64,000 nucleotides of DNA from Mytilus trossulus. Taxonomy: Eukaryota. The translations under genes were made by a program, and so were the position numbers. The notes beneath the pieces are model-generated. The model did no database searches. It was not told where the DNA came from and was given only the letters and a program-made list of their open reading frames with translations. The stretch spans positions 86,159,630 through 86,223,629 of the forward strand of contig NC_086376.1 of the NCBI RefSeq assembly GCF_036588685.1. Reading direction: 5' to 3'. Below are positions 13,801-24,696 of the stretch, in pieces; the stretch's first letter is position 1; each line of letters begins with the position of its first letter.

Positions 13801-15766
13801 GAAATGAAATTATCATATATGGTGTTGATTTGCATGAAAAATGATGTAAACTAAACAAAATACTATACTTCAATGTAAATTATATAGAAACAGTTTCAAT
13901 GTCTACATTCTGGAAATAAAAACGATTAACAAGACAAGTTATCACGCCCTCCCCTCACCCTCCTCATTTTTTTAATCTGTTATTTTTCATTTGTTTGAAG
14001 AATTTGAATTTGCCATATTATTAGGGACTTTCTGTTTAGAATTTTTTTCGGAGTTCTGTATTTTTTGTTATTTTACTTTTTGTTGTCAAATCTTTTACTA
14101 CGAACACTTGTCAGAACTACACGTCAAACATAACAAAACAACCGACATTAACAAATTCTAAAAAAAAAACAAGCACACAAAGTGAGGTTAAACTGGATTT
14201 GTATAATTTTCCCTGTTATATAAATTGGTTGAAGATAAAATGGGCTAGTGAAATTGTGTTAATTTGTAACTTGTTCCATTTAGATTAGATAAAATTGAAA
14301 GACAAGATGATTTACCTTTAATTTTAAGAATCAGAAATCAAGAACAATAGTCATGCATCCCATAACATACATAAATGAATATATGAAGAAGAAAAAAATT
14401 ACAAGGTTCGCTTGACCTTTATCAATCGAATTTGGCATGAATGTTAATCGAGAAACAAGCATAAAAATCCACATTTTATAACAAGAAAAATAAGCTAAAA
14501 GCAACCAGACGACTACCTTGAATAATACATTGATGCACCGGAATAAGATTTCTTTTGAACTGCAGTAGCAGTCTTAACTGTCATCAGTTTATACTTAATG
14601 TTGACTTGTTTCTTTCTAATGAACTAATTCACAACTCTGAACTCTAGGCGAATAAATTTGATAGACAACATGTGAAGTCTGAATGTTGTTTTTCTGGTCA
14701 TTTTATGCTGTTAGGTTGCCTTTTCATTGACATTCATTCCGGATCTGTTTTGAATTCCGTAGACATCCATACACGTTAATTTATAAGTTTTATAGCTTTA
14801 CAATAGTTGAATAGTTTGGAAGACTCTTGATATCGATGATGTCTCTTCAATCATGGCTGGATCAAACCAAATACTTTAAAAATGTCATGGTATGGGGTAC
14901 ATGCTGCATAATTCACGAATTATAAAGAGAAAATACAAACACTGGTCATTTCGAATGTAACAAAAGTATCCAAATAACTGAAAAATGTAACTATACATGT
15001 CGATTTAGAACAAGAAAAGTATACATGTACTTGCATATTATCGTTTCAAATATACAAACCCACACGTTCGACTCAAATAATAATTGACAAGGATTTTCAG
15101 TTTTAATCCCAGTCAGATTTGCTTTAAATGCTTTGGTTTCAGATATATAAGCTAAAATCTAAATTTTACCCCTATGTTCTATTTTTAGCAAGGACGGCCA
15201 ATTTGTTAGGTTGTCCGTGTCACTGCCGATGGTTCTCTCCTGTCACTCTGGCTTTCTTCATCAACACAAATTTGGTCGCCGTGAAGTAACCAAAAGTTCC
15301 CAATGTGTCGTTAAATACCAATCAATCAATTATAAATATGCATGTGCTAGACATTCACAAATCTATTTCAGATCATTAAATTCGGTGCAAGTGAATGCTG
15401 CACTGAAAATGCAGGTAAGGGTTCAATGAGCCTTTAGTTTAATTATATCATGATATCATTAAATACACATGAAAGAGTAAAATATTGGCATTCCTCTAAT
15501 ATCTAATATCCATCCAAACGTGCTGGTTAGTTTTTCTGTTATATTTATCTACAGCCGAAGCATAACAAGATTTGTCACGATTTATAAAACCTATTAAATT
15601 AAGTGTTTCGAACTGAGAAAAAACTATTATTTTCCATTTTAATGAGCATAATAAATTAGGCGATGATAATTAAGAAGTAATCTGTATTGATTCCTTTGGA
15701 ATATCATATTTGAAATATATTTCTAATAAAGACAAAACCATCTATAGCAAAAGGCAATGTTCTTAC

Positions 15767-16036
15767 TTTAAGGAGTTAATGGTTGGATTGCTGTTAAAGT
15801 TTCTGTGGCAGAGGTTCTGCACCAGTGCGAAGGAAGGCATGTTAGTATACCTAGACTTATTAGTTTCCGTCCCTGTCGATCACTCAGTCGTTGTTTCCGT
15901 TACTCTTAAATACTTCTAAGTTAGCAGAGACGCAGCAATTCCAATAATCAAGTCTGTTTCGTCCACTCGCGATGTGAATATGCTATCACGATACAGATTC
16001 GATCATAGAATTGACAAACGTGTATATGCTGCAACG
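15767..16036 (-). other. Candidate exon of a minus-strand gene, possibly containing the start codon (ATG at 15840)
   Basis: GC-richer 270-nt block bounded by tttttatttcag| and |gtaaga. ATG-led frame MPSFALVQNLCHRNFNSNPTINSL stays open to the donor. No homology recognised. Confidence 0.35.
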
Positions 16037-16190
16037 CTGAAATAAAAACAAAATATGAAAAAATTAGTCAGCTAAATTGAATACAAGAATAATACAACAA
16101 ATCAACACATAAACTAAACACTTAGCCAACCACAAAATACGTTCACATGAAAACAAGGACACTCTGAAAAAATATCATGCATATTGTACT

Positions 16191-16706
16191 TTATCTTACC
16201 TCCTATACATTTTTATGAATGTGATTGGTTAAAAGCGCCCTCGTGGAGACCGTGTATTTTCATATTAGGTTAGTAGGGAGGCGGGGCTTATCTCATACAC
16301 GGCTAGTAGTGGTGTTACGTCCCTTTATAAAAACAAAACGGTACCGAGAAAAAGGTTTCAACAGACGAAGAAAGGGATGATAAAGATTGAAATTAATTCA
16401 TAAAACACATTTCAACCTAGCAAATTGTTATTGTTGATATCTGTTTTTTTAGGATCAATGGAAGTATTTTCTTAATGCTAACAGTATTGAAAACTTGCTG
16501 ATTTTGATAGGTCATTAGTCTAAATTTCACAATTTAAGATAGTCGGTAAGATAAACTTGTTACATAGTGTGCTTGTGACCTAATACGGTAAATATGGGGT
16601 AAGTAAATTCCATATGAGGATTCGAGCTTCGCTCTCACCCCATATTAAATTTATTGATTTATTGACCCCATTTATACCATGTTAGGTCACTAGCACACTA
16701 TGTAAC
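16191..16706. mobile_element. Palindrome-ended element (Crypton-like architecture)
   Basis: Short IR ttatcttacc / ggtaagataa (16191, 16545) with tgattgg near the left end. A ~150-bp palindrome at 16559-16706 is centred on gagcttcgctc. Confidence 0.6.
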
Positions 16707-16774
16707 TAATAATACACAGTATGAATATAATTATTATGATTATATTTTCAAACATTGTCAATATTAGAGTTTAC

Positions 16775-17383
16775 GGTAGATAGGGTGTCTTCCTCCATCT
16801 TTGATTTGGAAATTCAAGAAAACGAAGTCTAGATCTTTAATAAAATGTGCAAATTTGTAGAGTAGTAGATAAATCAGGTGTAGGATCTTTCATATCAATA
16901 TATAAAATGACATGTTTTATCATACTTATGGTTGTATTTTACAAAAAAACAGAAAACATTTGTTTGATTAAATTTTTTCCAACTTTGCCACTTAAGAGGA
17001 GGTAACTCAAATTCAAGGGCAGATAATTCAGATTAAGGTAATTTTACAATAGAATGTGTTAGGAATTTACCTATTTTATAACGTAGCAAGAAAACGGGTC
17101 CGGTGAGCCCAATTTTTCTTTTTCTTAACTGAAAGCATTCTATTAAAACTATCTTTTCATATGTTATCTCAAATTCTATGGTGTAGTTTATGCTTTATTG
17201 CAGAAAATTGGGTTTTCCATGCATAATCTATACAAAATCTGTCAATTTTGAACAGCGTGTAGCATGGAAATAAGCCCGGTGACCCGTTCTTTTTATTATT
17301 ATTTTAAAAAAGCATGATATAAACTCCATTTTGGCAAACTATTATAAAATTCTATGGATTAAAATTTAGACACCCAATCTACC
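16775..17383. mobile_element. Older Kolobok-like MITE
   Basis: TIRs GGTAGATAGGGTGTCT / AGACACCCAATCTACC. Flanks TTAC and TTTG (degenerate TTAA). Internal ccggtga-ccc subrepeats. Confidence 0.6.
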
Positions 17384-18127
17384 TTTGAGAAAAGTAATGA
17401 CACTAGCACAAGATGTTGACTTTTAAAAATAATCTTAAAGCTATATTGAACAAAAATTTTGAGAACAACCAATGTACACCATATTTCTGACGAATATATT
17501 CTCAAAGAATTTGAAAGTTAAAAAATAAAGTTACAACTCTTTTTTTTTAAGACGTTAAACTATAAACAGAGAAAGCCTCGCTTTGAAATAATGTCGGTAA
17601 TGCAGATGTTGTCTCAGTCCCGTTTCAAATCTCGCTGAGGGAATGATAAAATATAAATTTGAAAGTACAAATACAAGGTTAAAGTTGTTGTGAGAAATTT
17701 AAGACGTAAAACGTATACATAAATGTGTTCACTGGGGGGTTTAAAGTGCTTATTCTTTTTATGACAAATATTACAGCTAACTTGATGATAAAAATTTAAT
17801 TGGCGATATGCATATTCAATATCAAATGTAAAGACCATGCGGAATTAGAGAGCCGTTTTTGGAAAATACAATCTCGTAATATTTCATTAATATTCATTAC
17901 AAGACTCAAATGGCAAAATATATGAACTTGTATAGGAGGAGAAACGATTAATGGAAAGAAAAGATAGAAAGGTTAGAACACTAACTGAATTAATAACATA
18001 ATAAGTGAAATGTTTCAGTAAACCTCAATTATGCAACACATGCACAAAATAGACACCACATACACTTTTCCTCACGACGAACAATCGTCACAGTAAAAAT
18101 GATGACGATATAGAATCAACAATTCTT

Positions 18128-18415
18128 AATATAGATATAAGCAGATGTGATATGAGTGCCAATGAGACAATTCTCTCATACAAGTAACAATTTGTAAACA
18201 GTAAACCATTATAGGTAAAATTACGGTCTTCAAAAACGGAGCATTTGCTCACACCAAACAGCAAGCGAAAATGACATGTATAAAACACTTATAAACTAAA
18301 TCAACAAACGACAACTACTGAACACCATATTTCTGACTTGAGACACGTGCAAAAAAAATTATGCAGCGGGTTTAAACCTTTTAATAGGTAACAACCTTTA
18401 CCCTTATCTTGAACT
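18128..18415 (-). repeat. Non-autonomous repeat family C with degenerate twister-like head
   Basis: GGGU AAAGG ... UAA ACCC GCU ... GCACGUGUCUCAAGUCAGAA. The 3' part (gacctataatggtttac...ttgtctcattggcactcataccacatc) is shared with 4945-5206, 5428-5568, 12455-12602 and a fragment at 25170-25215. Confidence 0.7.
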
Positions 18416-18888
18416 TTAGTGCAGCATTACAACGTAAAAAAGGGTAATTGATGTGTTATTAATTTTAAAAAAAAAGCTGTTTTGCATTGGAAATCTTACG
18501 TCCGACAGAAACAGGTTGGTCTTTTCGATGTTTGAATGGCGTCTGTTTGGCTGTACTGACGCTACTTCTGTTCGGCAAGATTGTATAACTACATTCATGA
18601 CAACATTTTATCACGCGTGAGAATTTTGATTAACATAACGAATGGTCCTTTTAAACCCACTTAATCTCTATCTTATATAAGTCACCCTATGACTGTATTA
18701 ATACAATCAAATTATCGATCTCTAACCTTTATAAATACAGTGTATTGGAATACAATCCTATGATATAAACATGTGTTGGTCATTGTGAACTACCATGATA
18801 ATAATATAATTCATAGATTGAAGGATGTAACAATTTTGTAGTTGGAAATTAAAAACATGGCTAATCTAACAGATAGGGTACGTAACGT

Positions 18889-19020
18889 ACTGTCAGTTTT
18901 TTTATATAAACTGTCAGTTCTTTTTTATAAACTGTCAGGTTTTACTTTAATCTGTCAGGTTTTACTGTAATCTGTCAGGTTCTTCTATAAACTGTCATGT
19001 TTTGTTACAAACTGTAAGAT
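18889..19020. repeat. ~20-bp minisatellite (actgtcagttt...ataa), 6-7 units
   Basis: ctgtca recurs about every 20 nt. Confidence 0.85.
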
Positions 19021-20799
19021 TTGTAAAATATACTATTTGAACTGTTTACACACAAATGTACTTATATTTTTTGTCAGTCCTTATCTCCCTGCTTTGTAAT
19101 TGTATATCATCGTTACTTTGTATACACTGTATTTGAACGTAACTTTAAAACCAAACATGAAGACGGGAAAATATCATGTTTGACACTAAAACATTGAAGA
19201 ACAAATTTCCTAATGGATCTTTTGCAAAAAAAAAATAAAAATAAATAAATAACTGTTTAATGTCAATTTAGTGGGACAAGTCTATGCTGTTTCTTCTTCA
19301 AAACTTCCAACTTCAATTTCTTTATATTGCTTGTGAGTATGTTAACCTACACCGAATCAAGACATGGATGTCCCTTTTCCAATATCTATAGTACCTTGTC
19401 GATTTATATCAAGAATCTCTTCTTTATATGTATCATTTCATTTTTTAATCATTATATACTGCAAGTTTCCTTTCAGCCTGAAACTTTCAGGTTTGTGGGT
19501 TCTAATCAATCTTATGTGTGATTCTAATGGTTTTATTAAAAAGCAGAAATTTTGAAAAATGAGTTTTAGTTTGCATCAACATATACCTACATACAAAGAA
19601 GAGTATATAATTTAAGAATGCAAAATTTAATGTCTGAATACAAAATACTAACTAAAACGTTTTTCCCTATTCATTTATCAGGCACTCAGCTCGGTTAAAA
19701 TTGCATTTTGAAAATTTGAAGTACGGTTCAAATGAAGTTGAACTTTATGTAATTTGAAATTATTGACGTAAATCTTGACTTTGGTTTATTACTTTAAGCG
19801 ATATAAAAAACAAGAACAGGTTTTGAAACTCGTTTTGATTTATATTAAATAACAGTTGGAATTATATATATAAATCAAACACATGTTTTAGACAGATAAA
19901 ATTGTTTTCATTGTTACAAATATCTTTAAATCAGTTCGTGGAAACTAAGTCTTGACAGACTTAACATGCTTTTTATTGATTTTCAGTAGCTGTTATGACC
20001 TATGGAATACCGTTTAGTATTCTCCGTAGCTTCAGAGCATAGGGATCAATTGATCTGAAGCAACGGTTCATTCGGAGGTTTTTATTGTTTGCGTTAATAA
20101 TATTTTTCTCTTGTCGATTGCCGGAAATTGTTTCCAATTTATCTTGTTAAATATGTTTTAGAGTGTTTGTAAAAACTAAATGTTTTCCCAGATGATTTCA
20201 TTGATAGATAAATCTAAAGAATACTTTCAAGAAGAAAATTTTGTTTTTCCGTCGATGTTGAAAAGTAAACAATTATTTTAAATTCTTAATGTAAAATACC
20301 GAAAACTTTACACGAACCACCATGAGACATTAACGAAACCAGTGACAGAAATTTAGATGCAAACATATGGCGGGAGTTACCAGAGGGATAACCAAGACTA
20401 ATGTGTCGAAGAGCAACCGACAACTTAATTACAAGAAACGTAAAGATAAAATAACGGACTACGAAACACAACACACACAAAACAAGACTGACCAACACGA
20501 CTATTTCTTCAACATATATGTATTTGAAATTTGTACAATATGGCAATGTTAAGTCTGCAACATTTGTAAAATTGAGAAAGGAAATGGTGAATATGTCAAA
20601 GCGACAACCACCCGACCATAGAGCAAACAACAGCCGAAGGCAACCAATGGGTCTTCAATGCAGCGAGAATTCCCGCACCCGTAGGTGTCCTTCAGCTGGC
20701 CCCTAAATTATGCATAATAGTACAGTGATAATGGACGTCATACTAAACTACGAATTATACACAAGAAACTAAAATTTAAAATCATACAAGACTAACAAA

Positions 20800-20890
20800 G
20801 GCCAGAGGCTCCTGACTTGGGACAGGCGCAAAATTGCGGCGGGGTTAAACATGTTTATGAGATCTCAACCCTCCCCCTATACCTCTAGCC
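20800..20890 (-). ncRNA. Type-P5 (circularly permuted) twister ribozyme, intact core
   Basis: Minus strand reads GGCUAGAGG(P5) UAUA GGGG(P2) GAGGG uugagaucucauaaacauguu U^AA CCCC(P2) GCC GCAAUUUUGC(P3) G CCUG(P4) UCCCAAGU CAGG(P4) AG CCUCUGGCC(P5). This matches the twister core UAA-P2-GCC...GCCGGUCCCAAGCCCGG...GAGGG. Predicted cleavage is between 20847 and 20846. Confidence 0.8.
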
Positions 20891-21207
20891 AATGTAGAAA
20901 AGTAAAAGAATAACAATACGCACATTAAAATTCAGTTCAAGAGAAGTCCGAGTCCGATGTCAAAAGATGTAACAAAAGAAAATAAATAAAATGACAATAA
21001 TACATAAATAACAACAGACTACTAGCAGTTAACTGAAATGCCAGCTCCAGACCTCAATTAAACTGATTGAAAGATTATGTCTTCATCATATGAAAATCAG
21101 GTACAATCCCTCCCGTTAGGGGTTTAGTATCATACTATCATAAAATATATGAGAAGAACATAACCCGTGTCATGCCAACTACTGGTTTTTTTTAGAAATA
21201 AATGTGT

Positions 21208-22080
21208 TTAGTTCCGATGCAAAGACCCTATCAGTGAATCAATGTTAAAGCCAAAATATGCAATCTTTAATGACCTGACAACAATATCGTAACTATATCC
21301 CCTTTTAATAAGTCTATTTAAAGGTTTTGTTAGTTTCTGAGGAGAATACTGACATTTTTGTGCTTTATAAAAAATATTTCCATAAAATTTTGGATGTGAA
21401 ATACCTGAACGTATAAGATGTCTGCATGTTGAGTTATATTTACGAATTATTTCCTTATACCGGTGATAAAATTTAGTAAATGTTTTGACCAGTTTGTGAT
21501 ATCGAAAACCCTGGTGTAATAAATTTTCAGTAATACATAAATTTCTCTCGCTAAAATCTAATACGTTGTTACATACACGAGCGAATCGTACAAGTTGAGA
21601 TATATAAACACCATAAGATGATGACAAGGGAAAGTCACCATCTAAAAATGGATAATTAACAATAGGAAATGAAAAATCATCTCTTTTTCATAAATTTTTG
21701 TATTAAGCTGCAGTGGTCATTGTTATCATTAGCTTTATTTAAAGTAAGTTCTACAGGATAAATTTCTGTAGTATACAAACTGGAGTCGTCATTATTGAGA
21801 GCCAATATATCATCCAAATATATAAAAGTATTGTTAAATTTTTGTATCAAATGTTGTTTTGAAGGGTCTTTGCTAATTTTAGTCATAAATTGTAACTCAT
21901 AACAATACAAAAACAGGTCCGCAATAAGTGGTGCACAGTTAGTCCCCAATGGAATTCCAATAACCTGACGATATACGGAATCTCCAAAGCGAACAAAAAT
22001 GTTATCAAGTAAAAATTCAAGCGCATAAATAGTATCAAAGCATGTCCAATTGACATAGTTCTTTTGTGTTTGAATCCTAA
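21208..22080 (-). pseudogene. Penelope-type reverse transcriptase pseudogene
   Basis: ORFs 21677-22096 and 21208-21627 are consecutive RT parts separated by a small deletion and frameshifts near 21680-21710. Confidence 0.88.
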
Positions 22081-23187
22081 AAAAATCAACATTCAATATT
22101 ATCTAAATAAAAAAAGGGACTTGTTTCAATGATGTAATCAAGTTTACACTCTTAGACGATAGGAAATGAGATCATGTAATATGGTATTGACATAACCTTG
22201 AATTGGATGCATGTTAATTATCAGTAATCTAACCATTGATTGCAGTTCTATAGTTTCAGCTTTCTAAGCTCTTAGTTTTATGTAATAAGTTAATTTTCGA
22301 TATTTAATATGTGCATGGTATTGTTCTGTGATTATATTATTCACATAGACATGTAGTCATAAAATTAATAATGTCTTGGGATTACACAAGAGTTTTTAGA
22401 CACAATTATTGATGTGCCATGGTATCGGGTTGTATTGGCGGCTTTTAACATTATCAACGCAAAAGTGACGTAGTTTGTTACACTTTTTATTTTGCTGTTC
22501 ATGTTGTTGAATACTTACTTTCTCATTTAGTGTAAGTTGTTTACATGAAATTTTAACAAAAGAACAAATTTGTTTAATCATTATCCATTTACAGCTCACA
22601 GTGAAATATGTTGACGCGTTTTAATATCTAATAACTAACCGTTTTTAGTGTTTTTTTTACATAAAAGATCAAACGAGCTAGTTTAATAAATAACATTGTT
22701 CTTTTGACATATATATGTGATATCCGTAAAGAAAATTATATTCAAAGCAATACGATTGATTTTCAAGATGATATTGCCATTATTTATGAATCATTAGAAT
22801 CATTTTATCATTAAACATCTCATATTATCATTCTCTACTAGAGAGTTCGATCGACAATAAACAGAGCATAAAGCTAATTTTACAATGATTTTTATAGAAA
22901 TCTTTTCATTTGTGACAGTTCAATATTTCATTTTAGTTTCTTCTATATCTAAATAATTTTCATGATTTGCTTTCCCCATCTCTTAATAGTTCTTTTATCC
23001 GACTTTGTTTTTACAAAGGGAAGATATTGTGATTTGTCTTAAATCACACATATATATCATAGATTATCATTCCCCACCCCACCAGAATATCATCTGGTCA
23101 TATAATGGTAAATGTCGAATTCTGGTGAATAACAGTTACTATTACCTTCACGCAAATTGCTTGAATTGATTGACAAAAGCCCCTTAA

Positions 23188-23906
23188 GGTTCCACTAAAG
23201 TCAAAATATAGGACACTTCATAAACATCTAAACTTTGCCTGTATTTTTCAACCTATAATGAATAAAGTCATAAACTATGAAAACATATGTTCATTTAAAC
23301 ATACTTTACATATACACACAGTGTAAATTGTAAATAAACTTGAAATTGTTATGTTGTGGCCAAACCGGTTCTTGGGGTGAACACTAAATTTTCAAAAAAA
23401 TCTGCAGGCCTGCAAGACGACTTAATTTGCTTAAAATTGGTATGGATGAATACTGTAACATGTAATGCAGGGCAAGCTAATGCTGATTTGTCACAAACAT
23501 ATGTTTTAATGGCATATTTGTCCAATTTCTGTATTGTACCTTCCATATTCGTTCACTTAGATACATAAAATTAACTAAAATCGAAAATCAATACATTTTA
23601 TAAAAAATCAACAATGGCTTGCCCTGCATTACATGTAATAGTATTCGTCCATACCAATTTTAAGCAAATTAAGTCGTCTTGCAGGCCTGCAGATTTTTTT
23701 GAAAATTTAGTGTTCACCCCAAGAACCAGTTTGGCCACAACATAACAATTTCAAGTTTATTTACAATTTACACTGTGTGTATATGTAAAGTATGTTTAAA
23801 TGAACATATGTTTTCATAGTTTATGACATTATTCATTATAGGTTGAAAAATACAGGCAAAGTTTAGATGTTTATGAAGTGTCCTATATTTTGACTTTAGT
23901 GGAACC
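23188..23906. mobile_element. Foldback MITE with 290-bp TIRs and TTAA TSD (Kolobok-like)
   Basis: Arms 23188-23477 and 23617-23906 differ at about 5 positions. GG...CC termini with TTAA on both sides. Confidence 0.88.
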
Positions 23907-24568
23907 TTAACATCCATCAGCTGTAGTTATCGACCAATGATCTTAATTCCTTCATCGGTTATGTAATATCATCAACTAATAATAGTTGCAGGCAGTTAAT
24001 TTTATCCCGTTAACATTACTGCACTTCGAATCATTTCAATTTATCTCAATGAATTATAGATAAAAGGAAAACAAATACCAGAAATTGTTTGAATTTATTT
24101 ACGACCTTAAATTTACTAATTGTCATTGTTTGTTGTGTACCTTTGATGTTTGATAAGGATCCATCTGATGCCTTCAGATATGCTACAATGAACTTCCTTG
24201 ATTAAATATAATGTAGGTTTGAAACACATAAAGCTACTGTTAAAATATCGTGACATATGTATATACTAATATCCGTGGGAGGGACCAATAAAGTTTTATC
24301 AAGTACACAAGGGACCAAAAAATTGGAAAGCTAAATCATTATAAAACGTTTGAGAGCACAGCAACCAATGGGATATAAACAGAACAGTTGAAAATGTCAA
24401 TATTACCTGAGGGAGATGTAACCCAGTTTGAGTAAAATTGATAAATTTATAATCAGCTTTGGCCAATGATATGACTTTGAGAACGGAATTATTTAAGATT
24501 GCCATCATGAATTACTTTGATTGTTTGGCATTGAGTTGCTTCATGAGATTCATTGATCGAAGGCATAA

Positions 24569-24696
24569 TGCTGCCGCCATAAATTTCTCTGATCATTTGG
24601 TCTATAGTGCTATCGCCGTAAATTTCTTTGATAGATTGTTCTATAGTGCTGCCGGCATAAATTTCTCTGATGATTGGGTCTAAAGCTGCCGCCATC
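24569..24696. repeat. 39-bp tandem repeat, ~3.3 units
   Basis: tgctgccgccataaatttctctgat...tctatag units. The period is a multiple of 3. Confidence 0.85.

Larger units (their letters stand above)
20567..22080 (-). mobile_element. 5'-truncated Penelope-like retroelement (Naiad-type): RT C-terminal half plus ~640 nt 3' region
   Basis: RT motifs YRQVIGIPLGTNCAPLIADLFLY and FIYLDDIL, then RDDFSFPIVNYPFL and the thumb SYGVYISQLVRFAR. The ORF ends at 21208 with no C-terminal GIY-YIG domain, as expected for the N-terminal-endonuclease Naiad/Chlamys clade. Its 3' region recurs many times in the window. Confidence 0.85.

Noticed and set aside
20518-20706. Similar short ORFs in repeat copies (also 27499-27696)
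   Set aside because: Antisense readings of the non-coding Penelope 3' region.
21208-22096. Selenocysteine recoding of the Penelope-like RT
   Set aside because: The breaks are a deletion and frameshifts, not in-frame UGA codons, and I could not identify a SECIS.
23349-23568. Paired opposite-strand ORFs (also 10598-10867 / 10614-10799)
   Set aside because: They lie inside inverted-repeat MITEs and have no recognisable protein features.
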